DNA of 32,000 bases from Bdellovibrionales bacterium (GTDB lineage: Bacteria > Bdellovibrionota > UBA1018). A model generated the notes under the pieces. It searched no databases and had not been told where the DNA came from. It saw only the letters and a list, made by a program, of their open reading frames with translations. A program made the position numbers and the translations under genes. Location of the stretch: positions 151,758 through 183,757 of the forward strand of contig JAFEAP010000023.1 in assembly GCA_018266355.1 (NCBI GenBank). The letters are read 5' to 3'. Below are positions 15,202 to 22,831 of the stretch, piece after piece (position 1 is the stretch's first letter; each line of letters begins with the position of its first letter).

Positions 15202-17570
15202 GAGGCCTTCCGGATCGAAGCGACGTTATTCGAGGCGTAAGCCGCGAAGAGGCGGTCGTTCACGTCGGCGAGGTTCACGAGCGTGTCCTGGGCCATCATC
15301 TTCACGCGGTTCAGCACCTTGCGTTCGAGCGCACCGTAGATGTCGCGGCTCGGGTTCTGCATGACCGCGAGTTCCTCCTCGAGGTCGCTCACGAGGTCGC
15401 GCGGACACTTCGCGAAGACGGAACCGCGGATGTCGTCGCGGCAACCCTTCAGGAAGTTCAGCAGCTCGTCGTGGCGCAGGCTCAGGATCACCTCGAGCAG
15501 CTGGCCGTCCGGGAGGAAGGCGAGCGTGTCGACGGATACGAGCTTGTGCTTAACGACCCGGGCGCTCTCCGGGTTGTTCATCTCGAGGTTGCGGACGACC
15601 GATTGCTGCACGGTCGGTTCGCTGCGCTCGAGCAGGTTCACGAGCACCTCGCTGCCCGGCAGGGCTTCGGTGTTCAGCCGCGGGTTTTCCATCCGCTTCC
15701 GCTTGAGGGCGTTCGCGACGTTCTGGATGTAGTCGCGCGGGAGGTAGTCGATCCGCGAAAGCTCGGCGAGGAGTTTCAAGCGGGTCGCCTCGTCGATCGC
15801 GCCGAAGATCGCCGCCCGCTTCTGGTTATCGCACTGGGTGAGCACGATCGCCTTCACGGTGAGGGACTCGTTCCGCACGAGTTCCATGATCTGCATGCCG
15901 TCCATCTCCGCGAGGTAGTCGAACTGGGCGGAGGAGCGGGAAGCGACGACGGCCATCTTGCCGGCGACCGTCCGATGATGGAGCTTCTTCAGGAGTTCGA
16001 GTTTCTCGGCGTCGTCGAGTTCGATCGGCGTGCGCGCGTAGAATTCCATCAGCTCGTTCAAGTCGTGCTGGAGCGAGGGATCGCGAAGGAGATCGAGGAC
16101 TACGCTTTCGCCGAAGATCGAGAGGTAAGCCGACGTCGTCTCGATGCCTTCCTCGGTGAGGATCCGGCCGAAGACGTATTTAGCCACGCGCGGTTGCTCG
16201 GCGAAAATGCCCATGAGTTCGTCGCGGAGGCGATCGATCTCATAGCGGCGCCCGATCGAGGATCCGCCGTTCGACGGCGGGGCTCCTTCGGGCGGGGCGA
16301 GGTTCGCGAGCGTCGCCTCGCCGCCGGAAGCCGGCAGCGCCGGCATCGGAGCGGCGGCCATCGGCATGTTCTTCGTCTCGATCGTCGTCTTCGATCGAAG
16401 CGTCGAGAAGGCGATGAAGCCGAGGAGGCCGAGGATGATCGCGGCGAAAATCGAGGCGTAGGTGCGCATCGTCTTGAATTCGGTGGTGAGCGCGTCTCCG
16501 TTTTCGATGCGTTCGATCTTCTCGAAGTGCTGGAAGTTCTCGGTTCGCTGGTCCTTCGTCACGTTCGATTCGCGGTCGGTGCGGTTCGTCGAGTCCGAGC
16601 TCGTCGTCCGGTTGTTCGCTTCGGAGGTCGACGCCGTGCGGTTATCCGTGGTGTTGTGGTTCTGTTGGTTGTAGTTTTCCGTGCGTTTCGATTCGAGGGA
16701 TTCCTTCGAATCCCGGCTCTGGGTCTTCGCGTAGGTCTTTCCGTCGGCGCCGACGTAAGTCGGCATACCGGCGAACTCGGATCCTTCGTTCGCGATGCGC
16801 GGAAATTTCATCGCCTTTGCGCGGAGGTCGGAATTCTTGAAGTCGCCGACTTTCAGCTGGGCCATCTCGAGGATGTTCGCACGGTCGCCGTCCGGAATCG
16901 CCTCCTCCATGAGGAGGGTCGCGCCGATCGATTTCACCCGCACGGCGACGCCGGCGGTCTCGAAGTACTCGCCCGCGGTGCCGTAGCCGGCTTCCTCGGC
17001 GTTCACGAGTTCGGTCTGGAGCTCGTAGTCGGAAAGCATGCAGTCCTTCGGGCAAACCTTCGCGATGACTTCCTCGATCGCCCCCTTGTACTGCTTCGTG
17101 ATCCGGTCGCGGAGTTCGGTGACTTTCGCCGCGCTTTCGGCGGGCGACGGGAAGCGCGCGGTTTTCGTCGCGACTTTCACCGGGTAGTCGAGGGTCTCGA
17201 GGTAGCGGTTCACGAGGTCGAGGACCCGCGTGCGGGTGTTCGGGCCGATTTTCTCGTCGATGAGGACTTTCACTTCGGCCGAGGCCGGTTCGAGCTCGCC
17301 GCGCGCGCCGGCGTCGACTTCGTCGAATCCCGGGGCGATCGTGTCGGCGGAGGCGACGTCGACGTCGACGTCGATCGAGAGGAGTTTGCACTCGTCGGAG
17401 CAGTACTTCATGAAAACGGGATCGACGATCGCGTGGATCGCGGTGCGCGCGGTCTTCTTCACTGATTCGATCGCGGCGGTCGTGCCGGAATCCTTGGCGT
17501 GGGCCGGGGCGGCAAAGACCGCCGCCGAGGCGAGGAGGGATAAATAGAGGATCGACGACTTCGTTTTCAT
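15198..17570 (-). CDS. Membrane-anchored FliG-like protein: Sec leader, two exported Cys-pair modules, low-complexity linker, one TM helix, cytoplasmic FliG-like N/M/C domains
   Basis: 790 aa. Leader MKTKSSILYLSLLASAAVFAAPAHA/K. TM helix at residues 369-391 (YASIFAAIILGLLGFIAFSTL). The C-terminal ~330 aa align by eye to the FliG middle and C-terminal domains, including an LKG...R....EE torque-helix pattern. Confidence 0.85.
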   Translation of the reverse strand: MKTKSSILYLSLLASAAVFAAPAHAKDSGTTAAIESVKKTARTAIHAIVDPVFMKYCSDECKLLSIDVDVDVASADTIAPGFDEVDAGARGELEPASAEVKVLIDEKIGPNTRTRVLDLVNRYLETLDYPVKVATKTARFPSPAESAAKVTELRDRITKQYKGAIEEVIAKVCPKDCMLSDYELQTELVNAEEAGYGTAGEYFETAGVAVRVKSIGATLLMEEAIPDGDRANILEMAQLKVGDFKNSDLRAKAMKFPRIANEGSEFAGMPTYVGADGKTYAKTQSRDSKESLESKRTENYNQQNHNTTDNRTASTSEANNRTTSSDSTNRTDRESNVTKDQRTENFQHFEKIERIENGDALTTEFKTMRTYASIFAAIILGLLGFIAFSTLRSKTTIETKNMPMAAAPMPALPASGGEATLANLAPPEGAPPSNGGSSIGRRYEIDRLRDELMGIFAEQPRVAKYVFGRILTEEGIETTSAYLSIFGESVVLDLLRDPSLQHDLNELMEFYARTPIELDDAEKLELLKKLHHRTVAGKMAVVASRSSAQFDYLAEMDGMQIMELVRNESLTVKAIVLTQCDNQKRAAIFGAIDEATRLKLLAELSRIDYLPRDYIQNVANALKRKRMENPRLNTEALPGSEVLVNLLERSEPTVQQSVVRNLEMNNPESARVVKHKLVSVDTLAFLPDGQLLEVILSLRHDELLNFLKGCRDDIRGSVFAKCPRDLVSDLEEELAVMQNPSRDIYGALERKVLNRVKMMAQDTLVNLADVNDRLFAAYASNNVASIRKAS

Positions 17571-18334
17571 TATTTCCCCTCGCTTTCGGAGGCGAGACCC
17601 CGGGTCGCGCGTTTGCGATCGAGGTATTTCTTCAGGGCCAAGTTCTGCGGATTCAGCCGGAGCGACTGCTGCCAGGACCGGACGGCGAGCTCGTAGCGGC
17701 CGAGGCGGTCGAGAAGCGTGCCGCGCATCTCATAGAGTTTAGGGGCGGTCGGGAAGTCGACGAGGAGGTCCTCGACCTCGAGGAGCGAGGCTTCGTAACG
17801 GCCTTCACGGTAGAGACGTTTGATGCGGTCGAGACCGGCGAGGTAGCTCTTATCCGCGTGCGGCGTCGAATCGGCGGAAGGCATCACGCCGAGGGTCTGT
17901 TCGATGTCGTTCCGTTCGCCCTCGAACTCGCCGCCGTTTTTCGGGAACGATTCGGTGATTTCGCGGTCGGCGATGACCGGCTTCTTGTTCCGGTAGGGAT
18001 CGTCGAGGTCGGCCGTGGTTTCGTCCGCGCCGGCCGCACGGGTCGGCAGCGAGACTTCGTCGAGCTTCGTCGACTGGTCGGGGAAGGTGACTTCGAAACT
18101 GCGGTCGCCCTTACGCGTGCGGAAAACGGTTCCGGTCTCGGCGGTCGCGGCCGCGCCGCCGCCGGCTTGGTACCCTTCGAAAGGATTCGTGATCGGACCG
18201 TCGGATTTTTTCTCGTTCGTGGCGAAGACCGTGCTCATCGTGGAACAAGCGGGGACGGCGGCGAGCACGACGAGCGTCGTCGTGAAGGCTCGGGTCATCT
18301 CGGCTAGGTTTTTCTCGGGTTTGCGGTTCGCCAT
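17570..18334 (-). CDS. TPR-repeat lipoprotein
   Basis: 254 aa. Leader with a lipobox-like LAAVPAC. C-terminal TPR-like repeats (YREGRYEASLLEVEDLL, LYEMRGTLLDRLGRYELAVRSWQQSLRLNP). The stop shares one nucleotide with the next gene's ATG (TAATG at 17570). Confidence 0.75.
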   Translation of the reverse strand: MANRKPEKNLAEMTRAFTTTLVVLAAVPACSTMSTVFATNEKKSDGPITNPFEGYQAGGGAAATAETGTVFRTRKGDRSFEVTFPDQSTKLDEVSLPTRAAGADETTADLDDPYRNKKPVIADREITESFPKNGGEFEGERNDIEQTLGVMPSADSTPHADKSYLAGLDRIKRLYREGRYEASLLEVEDLLVDFPTAPKLYEMRGTLLDRLGRYELAVRSWQQSLRLNPQNLALKKYLDRKRATRGLASESEGK

Positions 18335-18353
18335 AAAATCCCTTTAAATCCTT

Positions 18354-19475
18354 TTAAAACAGGGCACTGATGCCCAATCCATATTCGATCCCGGAAACGC
18401 TTTTCTCGGTCCCGGTGATGAGCGTCGTCGCCTTCGGCCGGTAACCGAGCGTCGTGCTCACGGCCCAGTGCTTCGCGAGCCGCCATTCGTAGCCCGCGCG
18501 GAAGACTCCGCCGAGGTAGCCCGACGCGTACGTGCCGCCGACCCCGGTGACGATCGTACCGCGCACCTGGTTGTAGTTCTCTTCCGCGCCGATCAGGTTC
18601 CACGCGTGGACGAAGAGCATCGTCATGTTGAAGGAACCGTAGATGCGGGCGCCGGTATCCGTCGTGGTCGACTCGACCGGCGATCCGGAGAGCGTACGGA
18701 CGTCGGTGATGTAGTCGAGTTCGAACCCGACTTCCTTTTTCCGGTTGTCGTAGCGTTCGACGAGGCGGAAACCGAGGCTCAGGCAACTCGAGCGCTCCCC
18801 CGCGTCCGGTTCGTTCAGGTAAGAGATCGTCCCGCGGTATTGGAGCGTCGGGATGTATTCGTTTTGTTTCACGGAAGCTTCCATCTGGGAGAAATCGACG
18901 CCTCGACGGTACGCGGAAGCGCGGGAGGTCTCCGAATTGTAACTGCGCGACCAGACGACGCTTCCCGTAGCGGCGTCGGCCGTCGTCATCGAGAGCACCA
19001 TTCCGGTGGGTTGGAACGAGAACGCGAGATCCATGAAGTTTTCGATGCCCTGGGCCTTCGCGATGCGCGCGAGTTCGTTCGGATTCAACTCCGCGGAAGT
19101 CACGAGGATCTGGTCTTGGTTCAGCGTCGCCTTGCGTGCGCGGCACGGAAGACACTGCACGACGCGCGTCTTCGTCGTGGCGAGGATCTTTTCGGTGACG
19201 ACGAGTTCGAGGTGGTTCCGGAACGACGGCGGGATGTTCTCGCTCATCGCGATGTTCCGGATCGCGAGATCCTTCAATCCGCTCACGCTTCCGTTTTTCA
19301 GGTCGTATTCGAAATCGGAGAGGAGGTCGCCGAGGACATCGTAGAAATTCCGCGTCTCGGTTTGGGAAGCCGCGTGCGCGCGCGCCGGCATCGCCGACGT
19401 GAGTACAGCGAGGGTGGTAGCGAGTGCAGTGATGAAGCGGCGATTCTGAAGATTCATAGAGGGTCTTTCGGACAC
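18354..19475 (-). CDS. Probable outer-membrane beta-barrel protein with an N-terminal periplasmic alpha/beta domain
   Basis: 373 aa. Sec leader ...LAVLTSAMPARAHA/A. The C-terminal half has alternating-polarity strands and ends in GLGISALF (terminal aromatic, OMP-like). GTG start at 19475 with GAGGA upstream. An ATG at 19457 is an alternative start. Confidence 0.7.
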   Translation of the reverse strand: MSERPSMNLQNRRFITALATTLAVLTSAMPARAHAASQTETRNFYDVLGDLLSDFEYDLKNGSVSGLKDLAIRNIAMSENIPPSFRNHLELVVTEKILATTKTRVVQCLPCRARKATLNQDQILVTSAELNPNELARIAKAQGIENFMDLAFSFQPTGMVLSMTTADAATGSVVWSRSYNSETSRASAYRRGVDFSQMEASVKQNEYIPTLQYRGTISYLNEPDAGERSSCLSLGFRLVERYDNRKKEVGFELDYITDVRTLSGSPVESTTTDTGARIYGSFNMTMLFVHAWNLIGAEENYNQVRGTIVTGVGGTYASGYLGGVFRAGYEWRLAKHWAVSTTLGYRPKATTLITGTEKSVSGIEYGLGISALF

Positions 19476-19602
19476 TCCTTCCTCACTCCCGTTTCGGGTC
19501 GGGACGAAAACTTCTTTAAGTTTTCGGGGCTTAGGCAGAGATTTCCGGGTTCGGCGACGAGAGTGATGAAAACATGACTCAGGAAATCAGTCGGGTATTC
19601 CG

Positions 19603-20607
19603 ATGAGGACGGGTGAAGGACTCCGGAATCGCATGGGAAACCGTCTTCTCCGCCCGACATCGACGAAATTCGTCAGCGCCAGCTTCCTGGCGGCGCTCGT
19701 CGGCGGCCTTTCCTCGTGCGCGGTCCTCCAACCGAACGTGATCGAACCGACGGCCGACGCGCCCGCGCCGCCCGCCGCCGTGGAGGCGCCCGGTTACGCC
19801 GGCGTTCCGCATCCGCTCGGACTCCAAATCGGCGACGTCGCCGCGCTCTTCGCGACGCCCGGTGCGCCGAAGCGCGGAAGCGACGAGATGAAGACCTGCG
19901 CGGCCGACTACGATGCGCTCGCGAAGGCCACTAAGGCCAAGGACGAACTCAAACAAGGACTCCTCGAACTCGTCCGTAAGGAGCCGATCCGTTATCACTG
20001 GTGCTTTTACTCGAAGATCCTCGACCTCGAGGAGAAACTCCGCGGGGCCCAGATGCTCGACGATCGCCAGCGTGCGGTCGTCGAAGCGTATCGATTCCTC
20101 GCGCCGCTTTCGCGCGTTTTCTACCGCGAATTCCACGACTCCCGGTACCTGCGGTGGGCGGTCTCGTACTACCGCCGCGCGAGCGAACTCGCGTTCTATC
20201 GGCGGGTCGAGACTTCGCCGGGATTGACCCAGGAACTCGTCGGCGCGGGCGGCGACGAGACCACGCGAGGAATCACCGAGAAGGCGACGAGCGTGCTCGA
20301 AAAGTACGGGATCATCGTCCCGGAACGCCTCCAGCCCGGGCAGAGTCCCGACGAGATTCCGAAGGGTGACGCCCTTCCGAGCGACGCTTACGTGAATACC
20401 GGTTCAGGCGTGCTCGATAGCACGGCGACCGGCAGCGAAGCCAAGCCCGGCGCAGGAGCTGAAGATCCGACGGCGTCCACCGCCGCCTCTAATCCTCCTG
20501 CGGCAGCTCCGGACTCCGTCGTTCCGGACGCTCCCGCCGAAACGTCGCGCGCGCCCGCGGCTGAGAGTTCGTTTCCGGCGCTGACGAACCCGCTGCAAGG
20601 CGAATAG
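19603..20607 (+). CDS. Lipoprotein of unknown function with a Pro/Ala/Ser-rich C-terminal tail
   Basis: 334 aa. Lipobox LVGGLSSC. No recognisable domain. An alternative ATG at 19633 has a better Shine-Dalgarno (GAAGGA). Confidence 0.65.
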   Translation: MRTGEGLRNRMGNRLLRPTSTKFVSASFLAALVGGLSSCAVLQPNVIEPTADAPAPPAAVEAPGYAGVPHPLGLQIGDVAALFATPGAPKRGSDEMKTCAADYDALAKATKAKDELKQGLLELVRKEPIRYHWCFYSKILDLEEKLRGAQMLDDRQRAVVEAYRFLAPLSRVFYREFHDSRYLRWAVSYYRRASELAFYRRVETSPGLTQELVGAGGDETTRGITEKATSVLEKYGIIVPERLQPGQSPDEIPKGDALPSDAYVNTGSGVLDSTATGSEAKPGAGAEDPTASTAASNPPAAAPDSVVPDAPAETSRAPAAESSFPALTNPLQGE

Positions 20608-20643
20608 CCGTTTGCCAGTCCGCGCGCCATGGGCCGGTCCCGC

Positions 20644-20743
20644 GTAGCCAATTGTGCGTTTTGGATCGGCAATCGCTCACGAACGGACCGGAACCCTTCA
20701 GCTTTTCGGAGAACGCCGAAAACCAAAACGCACAAATGGCTAC
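20644..20743. repeat. 21-bp near-perfect inverted repeat (20/21) with a 58-nt spacer containing a nested 7-bp hairpin
   Basis: GTAGCCAATTGTGCGTTTTGG (20644-20664) pairs with CCAAAACGCACAAATGGCTAC (20723-20743). The nested hairpin is TTTTCGG (20703-20709) / CCGAAAA (20716-20722). The element lies in the convergent intergenic gap between the lipoprotein and M48 genes. Confidence 0.6.
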
Positions 20744-20785
20744 GGAGCCCGGGTTCGTCGAAGCGGGCCGCCTCGATCGACGCTT

Positions 20786-21661
20786 CTAGGCCGCGATCGA
20801 TCCGGTATCGGACTCCGCGGCGATTTCGGCGGTCTTTTCGCTGGAAATCCGCGCTCGCGCGACGGACATGCGTTCGGCGACGAGCGGATGGGGTTCGCCG
20901 CCGATCGCGCGTTGGAGCGTTTCGAGGGCCTCGAGCAACCGGCCCGGCGAGACGCCGAGGCGATCCATCGCGTGGGCGTCGGCCTCGAATTCCTGATCCC
21001 AGAGGAGGCGGCGGACGGTCATCCAGGTGAGCGCGGCCGGGATCACGCCGCTCAGGAGCGAGAGGAAACCGCCGAATTCCGTATAGCCGCTCCAATGAAG
21101 TCCGATGAGCGCGATCGAGGTGAAGAAGGAAGCCGCGACGAAAGTCGTGATGCCCGCGAACACGCGTTTCCCGAGGTGACGGCAGGCGAGGTGGGAATAC
21201 TCGTGGGCGAGCACGGCTTCGAGCGCCGGACGCGGGAGGATCCGCGCGGCGCCTTCGGCGACGAAGATCGCCGGCCGGAACGGACCGAAACCGAAGGAGA
21301 AACCGGAGACGAAGACGTTCGGGGCTCCGCCGGGCAGATCGGCATCGGCGGCGGCGAAAAGACGGATTCCGTTCCACTCGCCGATCGGGCGCGCGAAGAA
21401 CGCGTGACGAAGGACGAGGGGGCTCGCGAAGAGGCTCGCGGAAGCGCCGGCCGCGAAGCCGGCGACCGTCGAAAGGACGACGACGAGGAGCTGGAGGACC
21501 GGTGACCCTTCGTGGAGGGCGGTGCGACCGACGAGGAGCACGCCGCCGACGCATCCGGCGAAGAGGCCGATCGCGGTGATTCCGATCACGCTTCCGAAAA
21601 GAAGAACGTTCGAGAGTTGGTTCCGAAGGCGGTGATGGAAATGATCGCGAATCGCATCCAT
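20786..21661 (-). CDS. M48-family (HtpX/Ste24-like) integral-membrane zinc metalloprotease
   Basis: 291 aa, several TM helices. HExxH motif in VLAHEYSHLACRH, with a downstream third-ligand block QEFEADAHA. Confidence 0.8.
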   Translation of the reverse strand: MDAIRDHFHHRLRNQLSNVLLFGSVIGITAIGLFAGCVGGVLLVGRTALHEGSPVLQLLVVVLSTVAGFAAGASASLFASPLVLRHAFFARPIGEWNGIRLFAAADADLPGGAPNVFVSGFSFGFGPFRPAIFVAEGAARILPRPALEAVLAHEYSHLACRHLGKRVFAGITTFVAASFFTSIALIGLHWSGYTEFGGFLSLLSGVIPAALTWMTVRRLLWDQEFEADAHAMDRLGVSPGRLLEALETLQRAIGGEPHPLVAERMSVARARISSEKTAEIAAESDTGSIAA

Positions 21662-21718
21662 TCCTTTACCGGATCGGGTCGGTGGACGCGCGCCTGAACG
21701 GGCAGAGACTGCCTACCC

Positions 21719-22831
21719 CTACTCCGGGATCAGCCCGCGGGCCCAGTCTTGCGGGCGTCGGATCCGCCAGATGAACCCGTCGAGGACGTAGTGGGTCGCT
21801 TGGGGGAGCGTCAGCAGGGCGACGAGGATCGCGGTCAGCGCCGGTCCGGGCCGGAAGTCGCCGAGGAATCGGTGAAATTCGGGAAAGAGCGCGACGTGAT
21901 CGCGCCAGATCCAAACGTCCCAGAACCCCTCCTCGAGGTAGGCGAGGAGGAAGAGTACCCCGAGGTAGACGGGGACGAGGGAGAGCGTGAAGAAACGTCC
22001 GCTTCGGATTCGATACGCGCCGACGGAAAGCACGCGACGCGGGTCTCGCTCGGAGCCGGTTCGCCCGGTGATCCACACGAGTGCGAGGTAAGGCACGCCG
22101 TGGGCGACGACGTTCGTCAGCGTGAAAAGGAGATCGCTGTTGAAGACGACGATCCCGACGTTCCACGCGAGCGCCGTTCCGACGATCCAAAGCACCTTCG
22201 TCGCCGAGAATCGGCCGATGCGTCGACGGACGGAGAACTGCTCGAGGATCCAAGCCGCGCCGATCGCGAGCGCCGCGATCCGGGCGAGGAGCTCGACTGC
22301 GGGCGGAAGTCCGGTCGCGAAATCTCCTGCGATGAACCAAACGAAGTCGCGCGGGAGATGCGCATGCCAGTACACGAGGGGATAGAGGGTCGCCGCGTAG
22401 ACCGCCGCGCGGTCGAGGGGGGTGACGCCGCTTCCGTCCTTCGCTCCGTAGAGCGCGAGAAATCCGTACTGCTGCCTTACGAAGTGGAAGACCGCGACGT
22501 AAGTGAGCACGCGCCAAAAGAGCGCGGGATCGACCGAGTGGATGAGCGCGCCGACCGCCCATGCCGCGATCGGGATCCACAGGAGCGCTCCGCGGTGCTC
22601 CGCGCGTTCCTTCGGATCGAGGTAAGTCCGAAAGAGCGTCGAGTAGACGTGGGCGACGTCGACGAGCAAGACGAGGGCGAGCCATCCGTACGGGCCGAGG
22701 CTAGGGATCTCGAGCTCTCGCGCGCGCGCGTAGACTCCGACGGCGATCGCGGCGGCGGCTGTGAACCACGCGGGCCCGATGAAGAACGCGAGATCGAATC
22801 CGGGGCCGCGGATCCACCTAGACTTTTCCAC
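21719..22831 (-). CDS. Polytopic (about 9-10 TM) His-rich membrane protein, family not recognised
   Basis: 370 aa. Hydrophobic helices throughout. His residues recur near helix ends (VDVAHVYS, FHFVRQQYG, YWHAHLP, NVVAHGVPY, ATHYVLDGF). The start overlaps the upstream oxidase stop by 14 nt. Confidence 0.7.
   Translation of the reverse strand: MEKSRWIRGPGFDLAFFIGPAWFTAAAAIAVGVYARARELEIPSLGPYGWLALVLLVDVAHVYSTLFRTYLDPKERAEHRGALLWIPIAAWAVGALIHSVDPALFWRVLTYVAVFHFVRQQYGFLALYGAKDGSGVTPLDRAAVYAATLYPLVYWHAHLPRDFVWFIAGDFATGLPPAVELLARIAALAIGAAWILEQFSVRRRIGRFSATKVLWIVGTALAWNVGIVVFNSDLLFTLTNVVAHGVPYLALVWITGRTGSERDPRRVLSVGAYRIRSGRFFTLSLVPVYLGVLFLLAYLEEGFWDVWIWRDHVALFPEFHRFLGDFRPGPALTAILVALLTLPQATHYVLDGFIWRIRRPQDWARGLIPE

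Noticed and set aside
16536-16724. NRT/NTT/NVT triplets as bacterial N-glycosylation sequons
   Set aside because: None has the acidic residue at the -2 position required by PglB-type sequons (D/E-x-N-x-S/T), and no glycosylation genes are in the window.
15471-17465. 664-aa plus-strand ORF opposite the FliG-like gene
   Set aside because: The composition (Arg/Glu/Asp/Gly/Val runs) and the lack of any motif mark it as the antisense shadow of a well-supported gene.
13123-19475. The operon as an Agl/Glt-type gliding motor
   Set aside because: The stator B subunit has a full OmpA-like peptidoglycan-binding domain and a MotB-type plug/TM region rather than a short TolR/AglS-like form. I recognise no GltG/J TonB-like or GltD-type proteins. 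The analogy is kept only as a conceptual comparison.
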